From an uncultured delta proteobacterium (GTDB lineage Bacteria > Myxococcota > Myxococcia > Myxococcales > Myxococcaceae): a stretch of DNA of 64,000 bases. The DNA is taken from positions 2,208,001 through 2,272,000 of the forward strand of contig CAWCKH010000004.1 in NCBI GenBank assembly GCA_963796055.1. The letters run 5' to 3'. How positions within the stretch are numbered: the stretch's first letter is position 1; each line of letters begins with the position of its first letter. Shown here piece after piece: positions 1-12,369 of the stretch. Below the pieces are notes generated by a model. It was not told the DNA's origin, did not search any database, and saw only the letters and a program-made list of their open reading frames with translations. A program made the translations under genes and the position numbers.

Positions 1-1936
1 TGCTCCAGCTGTCCTGGACGAAGAAGCCGAAGATGGTGGACTTGCTCTTGGCAGTGATGCTGTCGAGGGTCACCGCCTGGTCGGGCGCAGTGAGGGTGCC
101 GTAGCGGCGGGCCTCGTTGATCGCCGGGAGTCCGTCCGGGGTGCTGTTGCCCTGGAGGTATTGCCAGGCGGCCTTTCCAGTATAGGCCTTGGTGTGCTCG
201 TAGTAGGAGATGGCCCCCTCCACCCCGCCCTTGACCACGTGGTGTCCGAGGCCGTTGAGCAGCAAGGTCACCACGCCCTTGGCCTGGTAGCTGTCCAGCT
301 TCAGCCGCTCGATGAACCCCGGACCCCCGACGACGTACCCGAGGAAGCCGCACTCGGTGTTGGCGAAGGGCCCGGAGCAGGCCTGCCTCACCGCACTGGG
401 AACGTCCGGCTCAAGCGCGGCGATGTTCTGCAGATCGGCGGTGCTGGTGATGTAGAAAGGAGTGCCGGCGAGCTTCCCGTCCTGCCCGGTGTTGAACTCG
501 CTGCCGTCGGCCGGGAGCCCCTCGTCGAGCTGGTGGTGCCAGCCGAAGCGCAGGTCGAGCAGGAGCCGCTTGTCGAGGAAGGAGCTGTTGAGCTCGGCGT
601 TGACGTTGAGCGAGTCGTCCTTGGTCTTGAGGTTGAAGACGTTGAACCCGGATCCGGCATAGGTACCGGGGTTGGTGGGGGCTCGCGCCTGGAGGGTGCC
701 CGGAATGCGGATGGGGTAGGCCCCGTCGCCGCCGCCGGTGGTCGGCGTGCCGGTCACCGAGACGCTCAGGCGGTGATCGCTGCTGATGAGGTAGGTGAGC
801 TTGCCGATGAAGTTGATGGTCTTCTCGGTGCCGAAGCGTCGGGTCTCTCCTCCCGGGATGGGGTCGTAGATTGGCTGTCCGGTCACGGGGTCGTTGATGA
901 AGTTCCCCGAGCCGTCCACCTGCGCCTTCTGGTACGTGCGAGTATAGGAGTAGCGCTGGGACGCGTACTGGACGCCGGCGAAGAACCAGAGCTTGTCCTT
1001 CAAGATGTAGCCGCCGAGCGTGGCCCCGAAGTCGTAGATCTGGTCCAGGTCGCGGCCGGTGACGATGGCGGGCGTGCCGCCTTGGATGGTGAGCGGGCCT
1101 GGCGCTCCGGTGAGGCCTCCCGGCGTCCAGGTGCCGAAGACCGACCCGTGGAACTCGTTCCCGCCGGACTTGGTGGTGGCGCTCAGCGCTCCGCCGAGCG
1201 TCCGGCCGTACTCGGGCATGTAGCCGCCGGTGATGATGTTCACCTCGTCGATGAACTCCACCGTCAGAGGCGAGCCGTTCACGCCGTACGCCGGGTCGTT
1301 CACCGCCAGGCCGTCGATGAGGTAGCTGTTCTCCGGGCTCTGCGACCCGCTGATCGCCACCCCGTAGACGTCGTTCGCCGCGTTGGGTGCGGTGGATGCC
1401 AGCGAGTCGAACGAGCGATTCGCGCCGCCGAGCCCGTTGGGCCGCGACACCGCCAGGTTGCGCACGAAGTCGCTGTTCACCGTGGTGCCCACGGTGCTCG
1501 AGCCCACGTCAACCACGGGCGGCGTCCCGACCACGGTCACCGTCTCCACCCCGGCCACCTCCGGCAACAGCTCGACGTTCAGACGGAGCGTCCGGTCCGC
1601 GGCGACGTCGATGCCGGTGCGGCTGTAGGGCCGGTAGGTCTCCTTTTCGAAGCGCAGGGTGTACGTCCCGGGCGGCAGCTGCGGTACGCGGTAGAGACCG
1701 GAGGCGTCGGTGACCACCACCTGCTCGCCCTGCAACGAGGGCGAGGTGGCAGTGACCACCACGTCGGGCACCGGTGCGCGGGTGGAGGCATCGACGACGT
1801 TCCCGGTGAGCACCGAGATGCTCCCCTGGGCCAGCGCCGCCGGGCAACAGAACAGTGCGCCGGCAACGAGCAGGGCAGGGAGGCGCTCGGCCCGGCCGAT
1901 GCTCGCGACGCGGCGACGGAGCGTGATTCGTTCCAA
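1..1936 (-). CDS. Oar-type TonB-dependent outer-membrane receptor with N-terminal carboxypeptidase-regulatory-like domain (3' end runs off the window)
   Basis: The minus frame antisense to ORF 161..1978 is open to base 1. TTG start at 1936 follows a GAGGAGGGG RBS. Signal peptide ...PAALAQ, then SVLTGNVVDASTRAPVPDVVVTATSPSLQGEQVVVTDASGLYRVPQLPPGTYTLRFEK and plug motifs SGSQSPENSYLIDG and ITGGYMPEYGR...TKSGGNEFHGSVF. Confidence 0.9.
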   Translation of the reverse strand, partial: MERITLRRRVASIGRAERLPALLVAGALFCCPAALAQGSISVLTGNVVDASTRAPVPDVVVTATSPSLQGEQVVVTDASGLYRVPQLPPGTYTLRFEKETYRPYSRTGIDVAADRTLRLNVELLPEVAGVETVTVVGTPPVVDVGSSTVGTTVNSDFVRNLAVSRPNGLGGANRSFDSLASTAPNAANDVYGVAISGSQSPENSYLIDGLAVNDPAYGVNGSPLTVEFIDEVNIITGGYMPEYGRTLGGALSATTKSGGNEFHGSVFGTWTPGGLTGAPGPLTIQGGTPAIVTGRDLDQIYDFGATLGGYILKDKLWFFAGVQYASQRYSYTRTYQKAQVDGSGNFINDPVTGQPIYDPIPGGETRRFGTEKTINFIGKLTYLISSDHRLSVSVTGTPTTGGGDGAYPIRIPGTLQARAPTNPGTYAGSGFNVFNLKTKDDSLNVNAELNSSFLDKRLLLDLRFGWHHQLDEGLPADGSEFNTGQDGKLAGTPFYITSTADLQNIAALEPDVPSAVRQACSGPFANTECGFLGYVVGGPGFIERLKLDSYQAKGVVTLLLNGLGHHVVKGGVEGAISYYEHTKAYTGKAAWQYLQGNSTPDGLPAINEARRYGTLTAPDQAVTLDSITAKSKSTIFGFFVQDSWS

Positions 1937-2182
1937 GTTGGCACCCCTCCTCGGACTGCGTGGTACGTCGGAGGATGAGGTGCGCGGGGGCGCCGGGTCA
2001 GGATTGCGCCTGAACCAGCTGCTGCTGTGGTCCGTATGTACCAGGCGCTTCGCGGGCGACCCACTGCGGTTCGCCGGATGCTGCAGCGAGGCGGCGTGGG
2101 CGTGCGGCGAAGGACGGCAACTTCGGGTCAACGCCCATTGTCACAGTCGTCGAGGGGGTTGTACCAAGAGAACGACAGGCGC

Positions 2183-2896
2183 ATGTCACTCAACGCTGCT
2201 CCGCAACTGCTGTCGGAGATCGCCGCACTTGCCGTCCGCGCGCACGACCGCGCCGAGTTCCGCTCCGGAACACTCGCCCTGCTTCAGGGGGTCATTCCCT
2301 TCGAGGTCGCCTTCGTCCAGAGCGGCGCCTCCAGCGCCGGTCCCGAGCCGGTCAGCTGGGGACTGCCCCCGCTCGCCGGGCGGCTCCTCGCCCGGAGGTC
2401 GGACACCGTCTGGAGTGAGCTGGCGGGCATTCGCGCCGCCGCGCTCGGGCTCGGCGGCGTGGTGGAGGCCTCGGGCCTGGTGAGCGCGGACTCGGAGCTC
2501 AGCCGGCTGCTGCGCGCCGAGCGCCCGGTCCGTCACCTCTGTCTCGCCGCGCTCGAGGAGGGCCGGACCGCCCTGGTCCTCGGGCGCTCCAGCGAGCCGT
2601 TCACCCGGCGCGAGCTGGATCTGGTCCGGCTGTCATTGCCCGTGGTCGGGCTCGGGGACCGGCGGGCCAGCGAGGTCCAGGAGGCGCTGGGGGCCCGGCT
2701 CACCCCGCGCGAGCAGGAGATCTTCGACTACGTCAGCCGCGGCTACAACAACCGGGAGATTGCCTCGGCGCTGGGCACCTCGCACTTCACGGTGCGCAAC
2801 CAGCTCTGCCGTCTGTTCCGGAAGGTGAACGTGAGCGGCCGCTCCGAGCTGGTGGGGCTGGCGGCCATGGCCACCCGGCGCGTGCGTACCGCGTAG
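2183..2896 (+). CDS. LuxR-family HTH transcriptional regulator with N-terminal sensor-like domain
   Basis: C-terminal LTPREQEIFDYVSRGYNNREIASALGTSHFTVRNQLCRLFRKVNVSGRSEL is a LuxR HTH. ATG at 2183 is in the frame of ORF 2027..2896. Divergent from the TBDR gene. Confidence 0.88.
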   Translation: MSLNAAPQLLSEIAALAVRAHDRAEFRSGTLALLQGVIPFEVAFVQSGASSAGPEPVSWGLPPLAGRLLARRSDTVWSELAGIRAAALGLGGVVEASGLVSADSELSRLLRAERPVRHLCLAALEEGRTALVLGRSSEPFTRRELDLVRLSLPVVGLGDRRASEVQEALGARLTPREQEIFDYVSRGYNNREIASALGTSHFTVRNQLCRLFRKVNVSGRSELVGLAAMATRRVRTA

Positions 2897-2907
2897 GTCC
2901 CGCCCAC

Positions 2908-2968
2908 GACGCGAAACGACCCCGCAGCCTGGAGCCGGAGCCGGCTCCGGCGCGGGGCCCTCGCGCTC
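2908..2968. terminator. GC-rich hairpin region between convergent genes
   Basis: Palindrome ccggagccggctccgg flanked by ccccgc/gcgggg arms between two stop codons. Confidence 0.45.
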
Positions 2969-2974
2969 AGCGCA

Positions 2975-3322
2975 TCACACCCCCGAGCCCCCGAGGGCGG
3001 CGGCCACCGGCGCAGTCCACGGGTCCTTCTTGCAGCCTTGGTCGAAGGTGCTGAAGATCCCCGAGCTGAACGGCTGCTTGAACGGATCGCAGTCCGCGTC
3101 GCTCTCGCAGCTGACCGCTGGCGACAGCGCCTGCACCGTGTACTCGGCGGTGCACGCCCCGGAGGTCAGGGTCACGTCGGCCTTGAACCCCGCGTTCTGG
3201 TACGCCGCGCTCCCCAGCGACTCCATGTTCCGTGTGGCGTAGGACAGGGTGCCGTTGGTCATCGTTCCGGTGAGCACCGAGGTGCTGGCCTGCGCCAGCG
3301 CCACGGCAGGCACGAGCGCCAA
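2975..3322 (-). pseudogene. Chimeric remnant: TBDR-like N-terminus fused to an MlpA-like Cys-rich lipoprotein C-terminus
   Basis: ALAQASTSVLTGT mirrors ALAQGSISVLTGN of the TBDR at ~1800-1840, also at DNA level. The remainder (TLSYATRNM...FKADVTLTSGACTAEYTVQALSPAVSC) resembles the C-terminal half of myxobacterial lipoprotein MlpA as I recall it. Confidence 0.55.
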
Positions 3323-3473
3323 GAGCAGCCCTCCTCACGACGGGTGAGGAAGGGAACTGTCGGGCGCGCGAGGGGGACCGGGTCCGGATTGCAGCTGAAC
3401 CACGGCGGCGATGGTGGGAACGCACCATCCCGCGCCCACGGTTCGCTGCACGCAGCCCTACGAAGGCCTGGCT

Positions 3474-3553
3474 GACTGCGGCCGCCTTGACCCCGCCGAC
3501 TGCAGCCCGCCTGACGTCACCCTGACGCGGACCTCGACTGCGGCCGCCCTGAC

Positions 3554-3554
<1 letters not shown>
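3474..3554 (+). repeat. Three ~18-19 bp direct repeats (GACTGCRGCC..CCYTGAC-like)
   Basis: gactgcggccgccttgacc at 3474, gactgcagcccgcctgac at 3498 and gactgcggccgccctgacc at 3536. Confidence 0.6.
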
Positions 3555-6055
<2,501 letters not shown>

Positions 6056-6276
6056 CTGCAGGCGGACTCTACCTGCTCGGCCCGGAGCGGTGGTTGCCCG
6101 ACGCTGCCGGCACCCCGTGCTGCAGAGTGCCATGGCGCGCCATCGGCTCCGGAACGGTTACCGATTGGGCTATCCTTCCAGGCGGTCGCCCGACCCGAAG
6201 GCAGACCCGGCGTCGTCCTCCGGGGAGCCACTGCCACCGCATCTGTGCATGCTCAACCGGGGCGCCTGGGTGAGCC

Positions 6277-7752
6277 ATGGTCATGCGAGACATCGTCGTC
6301 CTGGGTGTCGGGCTGGTCGTCGGACTGCTGCTGCTCGGCTGGCGGCGCGGCCGGCGCCTCCAGGCGCTGTTCGACTCGGTACGCGACGTGGACCTCACCG
6401 CGCTCGCCGGCTATCACCACGGCCGCCTCGAGGACCTCTCGCTCGCCGACCGGGCGGTCACCCAGAGGGACGGGGGAGTGGAGGTGACCGCGGCGGTCCT
6501 GAGCGCCCGGGAGAGCCGGGCGCTCTTCGGCACCGACCTCGCCCGGAGCGGCATCCAGCCGCTGTGGATCGAGGTGAAGAACGCCGAGGAGGTGCCGTAC
6601 TGGCTGCTCGCGGCCGGGCTCGACGCCGACTACTTCTCCGCACGCGAGGCGGCGAACGTCCGGCACTCGCGGTTCGCCCGGTCCGCGAACCGTCAGATGG
6701 ACGAGTTCTTCGACCAGGTGCAGTTCCGCAGCCCGGTGCTGCCCGGAACGAGGGTGGCGGGCTTCATCTTCACCAACCTGGACGAGGGCACCAAGCCGGT
6801 GGCGATCGACCTCGTGGCTCCCCGGCACGGGGCGGTCAAGAGCTTCACCTACTTCCTCCGGGTGCCGGGACTGAAGACCGACAGCAGCCGGCTCGACTTC
6901 GCCCGCCTCTACCAACCGGAGTCCATCGTGAAGCTGGAGACCGAGGCGGAGCTGCGCGCGGCGCTGGAGCGATTGCCGGGGTGGACCGCCAACGCCAAGG
7001 GGACCGCCCGGGGGGATCCGCTGAACCTCGTGCTGATCGGCAAGCAGGACGACCTGTTTCCGGCCTTCCTTCGCCGGGGGTGGCACCCGACCGAGGTGGT
7101 GTACCTGGGCTCGTCATGGAGAACGCTCAAGTCGTTCCTCCTCGGCTCCCGGTACCGCTACTCCCCGGTCAGTCCGCTCTACGCCCTGGGGCGGTTCCAG
7201 GACGTCGCCGGGCAGAAGGCGCGGCAGTCGATCCACCAGCGCAACCACATCCGACTCTGGCTCGCCCCAATGGAGTATCGGGGCAGGCCGGTGTGGCTGG
7301 GACAGATCAGCCGGGACATCGGCGTGCGCTGGACCCTCAAGACCTGGAGCCTCACCACGCACAAGATCGATCCCGACGTGGACGAGGCGCGGCTGGGTCT
7401 GATCCAGGACATGCTCTACTCCCAGGCGCTGGTGAAGTTCGGGTTCGTGAAGGGGCTCGATCCCGCACCCTCCGCCCGGCCGCACCGGAACCTCACCGGC
7501 GACCCCTACTTCACCGACGGGCTCCGCGCGGTGCTGCTCTTCGAGCGCCGGCCGGTCGCGCTGGGTGAGACCGAGGTCTTCGAGTGGGAGCGGCCGGGAA
7601 CCACGGCGACCGATGCGCCGCCCGCCCCCGCAGAGACCCCCCCGCGCGCTGGGATGGCGGCGCCGATTCGGGGACCGGCCGGGGCCATCCCTGGAACGAG
7701 GACCTCATGCTGGCCCGCGCCACCGGCCGGGGTCAGTGGCCCGGACGGGTGA
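6277..7752 (+). CDS. LssY C-terminal-domain protein with N-terminal membrane anchor
   Basis: GDPLNLVLIG, YRYSPVSPLY..GRFQD, RNHIRLW, VWLGQISRDIG and TTHKIDPDVDEAR are LssY_C-type motifs. Confidence 0.8.
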   Translation: MVMRDIVVLGVGLVVGLLLLGWRRGRRLQALFDSVRDVDLTALAGYHHGRLEDLSLADRAVTQRDGGVEVTAAVLSARESRALFGTDLARSGIQPLWIEVKNAEEVPYWLLAAGLDADYFSAREAANVRHSRFARSANRQMDEFFDQVQFRSPVLPGTRVAGFIFTNLDEGTKPVAIDLVAPRHGAVKSFTYFLRVPGLKTDSSRLDFARLYQPESIVKLETEAELRAALERLPGWTANAKGTARGDPLNLVLIGKQDDLFPAFLRRGWHPTEVVYLGSSWRTLKSFLLGSRYRYSPVSPLYALGRFQDVAGQKARQSIHQRNHIRLWLAPMEYRGRPVWLGQISRDIGVRWTLKTWSLTTHKIDPDVDEARLGLIQDMLYSQALVKFGFVKGLDPAPSARPHRNLTGDPYFTDGLRAVLLFERRPVALGETEVFEWERPGTTATDAPPAPAETPPRAGMAAPIRGPAGAIPGTRTSCWPAPPAGVSGPDG

Positions 7753-8896
7753 CGGTGGCGAGGGACGGCGCGTCGAGGCTCGCGGCGATGGGCGCCACCG
7801 CCTCGCGGAAGCGGGCGAGGAGGGTGGGAGGCACCGGCTCGCTCCGCGGGAACTTCTGATTCAGCGGATTCACGAACGCGCCGTTGCGCTTCATCGCGAA
7901 GTGCAGATGTGGCCCGGTCGTCCGGCCGGTGTTCCCCGAGTAGCCGATGACCTGCTTCTGCGCCACCCGTGCGCCGCTGTGGACACCCGCTCCGTACGAC
8001 GAGAGATGCAGGTAGCAGGTCTCGAAGCCGTTCCGGTGACGGACGCACACGCTGTTGCCGCCGGCGCCGGTGTTCCCGGCGAGGGTGACCGTGCCGTCGG
8101 CCACGGCCCACACCGGCGTGCCCACCGCGGCCGCGTAGTCCACGCCCTGGTGCGCCTTCAGGTACTCGAGCACCGGGTGGAAGCGCATCCCGAAGCGGCT
8201 GGTGACGTGGGCGAACTTGAGCGGTGACTTGAGGAACGCCTTGCGCGCGCTGGTCCCGTCCTCCTGGAAGTAGGACCACTCGCCGTCCGGGAGCTGCCAG
8301 CGGAAGACGCGCTTGGTGCCGACGCTCTCGCCCCGGTACTCGGCGGCGAGCACCTCGCCGTAGCGCAGGAGCCGACCGTTGCTCAGGACCTTCTCCACCA
8401 GGCAGCGGACCCGGTCGCCCTTGCGCACGTCCACGTAGAAATCGATGTCCCAGGCGAAGACGTCGGCCAGGGCCATGGCGATGGTCGGGTCCTCCTTCGC
8501 GGTGAGCGCGGCGTCGTACAGGGAGCTGGCGACCTCCAGCTCGACCCGCGAGACCTGGGTCTCGACCTCGACCGCGCGCTTGCTGGCCACGTACCGCTCG
8601 CCGTCGCGGCGGACCTGCCATTCGTCCACCGGGCTCTGGCGGTAGTCGAAGTGGTCCAGCTCGCCGTCGCGGAAGACCAGCCGCAGCTGGTCGCCCACCT
8701 GCGACTTCCGGAAGTCGAACACGCCCTGGAGCGCGCCCACCACCCGGTCGGTCTGTGCGGCATCGAGCCCGGCCGAGCGGAGCGCGGTGGCCAGCACCTG
8801 GTTCCGCTCGAGGCGGCGGTTCAGGATGCGGACGTTGGGACTGGACGGCGCGGCGGTGAGCAGCGCGGCGACGAGGGCCGGAGCGAGGACGGTCAT
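7733..8896 (-). CDS. M23-family murein DD-endopeptidase (MepM-like)
   Basis: HQGVDYAA, YLHLS and GNTGRTTGPHLHF zinc motifs; FAWDIDF middle domain. Confidence 0.93.
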   Translation of the reverse strand: MTVLAPALVAALLTAAPSSPNVRILNRRLERNQVLATALRSAGLDAAQTDRVVGALQGVFDFRKSQVGDQLRLVFRDGELDHFDYRQSPVDEWQVRRDGERYVASKRAVEVETQVSRVELEVASSLYDAALTAKEDPTIAMALADVFAWDIDFYVDVRKGDRVRCLVEKVLSNGRLLRYGEVLAAEYRGESVGTKRVFRWQLPDGEWSYFQEDGTSARKAFLKSPLKFAHVTSRFGMRFHPVLEYLKAHQGVDYAAAVGTPVWAVADGTVTLAGNTGAGGNSVCVRHRNGFETCYLHLSSYGAGVHSGARVAQKQVIGYSGNTGRTTGPHLHFAMKRNGAFVNPLNQKFPRSEPVPPTLLARFREAVAPIAASLDAPSLATVTRPGH

Positions 8897-9054
8897 CGGG
8901 GGTGTGAAGGGATAAGCCTACCAGGGTCCCGGCGCAGGCCAACCCGACATCTGCGCACCCGCAGAGGTGGCAAGGGGACCCCGGGGTGATGGCCGAAGGT
9001 CCTACGGAGCGGTCGTCGAGAGCGGCCTAACGTGCCCCTCCCCGGGGGTCGCAC

Positions 9055-9705
9055 ATGAAGAACATCGGAGCGTTCCTGCTGCAGAGGCTCGTCGCCGGGC
9101 TTCTGGTCGTCGCACCCGTCTATCTGTCCATCCTCCTGCTGCTGAAGGGGATGGGGTCCCTGGTGAAGCTGGTGCAACCGGTCGCCGCGCTCCTCCCGGA
9201 CTGGCTGCCGGGTGAGCAGCTGGTCGCGCTGCTTTCCGTGCTCGTGCTCTGCCTGTTCGTGGGGCTCCTCCTGGCGACCCCGCCCGGACGGGCAGCGCGG
9301 GAGTGGGTGGAGCGCTCGGTGTTCGAGCGTCTCCCGGGCTACGGGCTCATCAAGAGTCTTGCCCAGCAGGTCGCGGGTCAGGGGCAGGACACCGCCTGGA
9401 CCCCTGCCCTGGTGGAGATCGAGGACGCGCTGGTCCCGGGGTTCATCATCGAGGAGCTCGACGACGGTCGTTACACGGTCTTCGTCCCCTCGGTGCCCAC
9501 GCCGCTGGCCGGTGCGGTCTACGTGGTGGATCGCGCCCGGGTGCACCCGACGGACGTCTCCTTCACCGAGGCCATCAAGGTGGTCACGCGCTGGGGCCAC
9601 GGCGCCGGAGCGCTGGTCCAGGCGATGGAGCGAGCCCGCGACGGAAGGCTCGCTCCCGGCGCGCCGGGAGCCGCGGTGAGCACGGCGCCTCCCCGGGCTT
9701 CCTGA
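9055..9705 (+). CDS. DUF502-family membrane protein
   Basis: Two N-terminal TM segments, ERLPGYGLIK and VFVPSVPTPLAG. Confidence 0.82.
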   Translation: MKNIGAFLLQRLVAGLLVVAPVYLSILLLLKGMGSLVKLVQPVAALLPDWLPGEQLVALLSVLVLCLFVGLLLATPPGRAAREWVERSVFERLPGYGLIKSLAQQVAGQGQDTAWTPALVEIEDALVPGFIIEELDDGRYTVFVPSVPTPLAGAVYVVDRARVHPTDVSFTEAIKVVTRWGHGAGALVQAMERARDGRLAPGAPGAAVSTAPPRAS

Positions 9706-9776
9706 GCGGCGGCGATGCCGCCATCTCGTGCGTGATCCGACCGGAGAACCCCCGCCGGCCGCGCTAGAGTGAGGAC

Positions 9777-12347
9777 GTGCGACTCGCGCCAGGCACCCGG
9801 CTGGGACCTTATGAGGTACTCGCCACACTGGGCTCCGGAGGCATGTCGGAGGTCTACCGGGCCCGGGACAGCCGGCTTCAGCGGGAGGTGGCGATCAAGG
9901 TGGTCGGGGAAGCCCTGGCGGGCGACACCGCGTTCCTGAACCGGCTCGAGCAGGAGGCGCGCCTCGCCGGGGGGCTCAACCACCCCAACATCGTCGCCGT
10001 GCACGACATCGGGGTGCACGAGGGTGCGCCGTACGTGGTGACCGAGCTGCTCCAGGGCGAGACGCTCCGGGAGCGGCTGCTGCGTGGGCCGGTGCCGCTG
10101 CTCCAGGCGCTGGACTGGGCGGGGCAGATCGCGCACGCGCTCGCCGCGGCGCACGCCCACGGGATCATCCATCGAGATCTAAAACCGGAGAACGTCTTCC
10201 TCACCCGCACCGGCCAGGTGAAGCTGCTGGACTTCGGCATCGCCAAGGCCACGCCGAGGGTGACCGAGGCGCGGGGGCTGCTGGACCCCACGATGAGCCC
10301 GGCGGGCTCCGCGACCCGCACCGGCGCGGTGCTGGGAACGCCCGGGTACATGTCCCCCGAGCAGGTACGGGGCGAGCAGGTGGACGCCCGGAGCGACGTC
10401 TTCGCCCTGGGCACCATCCTCCACGAGCTCCTCTCCGGTCAGCGGGCCTTCCGCACCGGGTCGATCGTGGAGAGCGGCTACGCCATCCTCCACGACGAAC
10501 CGGCGCCTCTTCCTCCCTCAGTTCCCACCGGCGTGGCGCAGGTGGTCCAGCGCTGCCTCTCCAAGGACCCCGAGCAACGTTTCCAGTCGGCGCGGGACGT
10601 GGGCTTCAGTCTGGAGGCGCTGCGCGGCACCGGGGCGACCACGCCCGCCCAGCCACTCCCCCCTCTGAGTCGGGGTCGCGCCCGGGCGATTCGCCTCGCC
10701 AGATGGCTCGCTCCAGCGCTGCTCCTGGGGCTCGCCGCCTACGTCGCGGGCCGCGCGGCACGAAGCCCGGCGTCGCAACCGCGCATCCACCAGCTCACCT
10801 TCCACCGCGGCGCGGTGTTTTCGGCGCGCTTTGCGCCCGACGGCAAGACGGTCCACTTCAGCGCAGCCTGGAACGACGCCCTGCCCGAGCTGTTCACCAC
10901 CAGCACCGACAGCCGGGTCTTCAGGAGCCTGGACGTGGGGAAGGCCGAGCTCCAGTCCGTTTCCCGCGGGGGCGAGCTCGCCGTGCTGCTGAACCCGTCG
11001 TATCCCCAGTCCTTCGGTCTCAGGGGGACGCTGGCCATCGTGCCGCAGCTGGGAGGCAGCCCCCGCGAGCTGGCCACCGACGTGTTCTCAGCGGACTGGG
11101 CGCCCGACGGGAAGGCACTGGCGGTGGTCCGCGGCGGAACCGAGGGTTCCGCGCTCGAGTTCCCGCTGGGGAACGTCGTCTTCCGGTCCACCGGGTTCGT
11201 GACCGATCCCCGGGTTGATGCGACCGGCGATCGGGTTGCCTTCCTGGACCACCCACGTCCCGGAGACAGCGCGGCCAGGGTGATGGTGGTGGCCAAGGAC
11301 GGGCGGGCCGAGGAGTGGAGCCCGCTCTGCGACGATGGCTTCGGCGTCGCCTGGAGCCGCACGGGGGACGAGGTGCTCGCCGGGCTCGCCCAGCCGGGCG
11401 AGCTCGCCTCGCTGTGGGGCGCGCGGAAGGGGAAGCCACTGCGGCTGGTCTACCGGGGCACCGGGAATCTCATCATCGACGACGTCGACCACGACGGCCG
11501 GATGCTGGTGCGCGAGCGGGACTGGGGTCAGGAGCTGGTGTTCGTGCCGCCGGAGGGGCCCGCGCGCTCCATCGAGTGGCTCGACTGGGCCAGCGTGGGC
11601 GGCATCTCGGATGACGGCAAGAAGGTCCTCTCGTTCGAATCCGGGGTGGGCGCCTCCCCCAACGTCCTGTCCGTCCTCCGCAACCTCGACCAGCGTGCAC
11701 CGGTCCAGCTGGGAGTGGGCCGCGGTCTCGCGCTCAGCCCGGACGGGAGCCGGGCCCTGGTGAGCCTCCGGGAGGAGCAGGGCGAGTTCCGCCTCCTCCC
11801 GACCGGGCCGGGCGAGCCACGGGATTTCGTCATCCCCGGATTGCAGCGGGTGTACACCGCGGGCTTCTTCCGCGACGGAAAGCGGGTGGCGCTCTACGGA
11901 CGGCGGGGCGAGGACCTGAGCCGGGTCTTCGTCTTGAACTTGGAAAACGGCGACCTCCGGCCCATCTCGCCGCCGCTCCCTCCGGGCTTCATCGTCGCGG
12001 TGTCGCCAGATCAGAAGTGGGTCGCCGCCTCGGAAGCGGATGGAACGCCGACCCTCTACCCCGTAGAAGGCGGGCGGCCGGACCACCTGGTGGAGCTCGG
12101 GCCCAGGTTCCTGGTGGTCGGATGGTTGAAGGACCAGAGCCTGCTCGCCTTCGAGCGGAACGTGGTTCCGGCCCCGGTGGTGCGGTTCGATCCGAAGACC
12201 CGGCAGGTCACGCCGTGGCGGACGCTCGCGCCCCCGGACCTTTCCGGAGTTCCGAGATTGACGAAGGTGCTCGTGACCCCGGACGGGAAGACGTTCGCCT
12301 TCCACTTCCGGCGCCGGACCGACGTGCTCTACCTGATCGACCCCTGA
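9777..12347 (+). CDS. Membrane Ser/Thr protein kinase with C-terminal TolB/WD40-like beta-propeller
   Basis: LGSGGMSEVY, VAIK, HRDLKPEN, DFG and GTPGYMSPEQ; one TM segment; repeated SPDG/APDG blades. Confidence 0.93.
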   Translation: MRLAPGTRLGPYEVLATLGSGGMSEVYRARDSRLQREVAIKVVGEALAGDTAFLNRLEQEARLAGGLNHPNIVAVHDIGVHEGAPYVVTELLQGETLRERLLRGPVPLLQALDWAGQIAHALAAAHAHGIIHRDLKPENVFLTRTGQVKLLDFGIAKATPRVTEARGLLDPTMSPAGSATRTGAVLGTPGYMSPEQVRGEQVDARSDVFALGTILHELLSGQRAFRTGSIVESGYAILHDEPAPLPPSVPTGVAQVVQRCLSKDPEQRFQSARDVGFSLEALRGTGATTPAQPLPPLSRGRARAIRLARWLAPALLLGLAAYVAGRAARSPASQPRIHQLTFHRGAVFSARFAPDGKTVHFSAAWNDALPELFTTSTDSRVFRSLDVGKAELQSVSRGGELAVLLNPSYPQSFGLRGTLAIVPQLGGSPRELATDVFSADWAPDGKALAVVRGGTEGSALEFPLGNVVFRSTGFVTDPRVDATGDRVAFLDHPRPGDSAARVMVVAKDGRAEEWSPLCDDGFGVAWSRTGDEVLAGLAQPGELASLWGARKGKPLRLVYRGTGNLIIDDVDHDGRMLVRERDWGQELVFVPPEGPARSIEWLDWASVGGISDDGKKVLSFESGVGASPNVLSVLRNLDQRAPVQLGVGRGLALSPDGSRALVSLREEQGEFRLLPTGPGEPRDFVIPGLQRVYTAGFFRDGKRVALYGRRGEDLSRVFVLNLENGDLRPISPPLPPGFIVAVSPDQKWVAASEADGTPTLYPVEGGRPDHLVELGPRFLVVGWLKDQSLLAFERNVVPAPVVRFDPKTRQVTPWRTLAPPDLSGVPRLTKVLVTPDGKTFAFHFRRRTDVLYLIDP

Positions 12348-12369
12348 GGCCCGATGGAGTGGCTGGCTG

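Noticed and set aside
161..1978. 605-aa + strand ORF, and similar long ORFs at 3593..6487, 22352..24298, 43428..46433 and 52133..54880
   Set aside because: These are antisense shadows of well-supported genes, expected from high-GC codon bias, with no motifs of their own.
7620..7752. 20-bp convergent overlap of the LssY-like and M23 genes
   Set aside because: A low-complexity tail running to a late stop is common in GC-rich genomes; no evidence of function.
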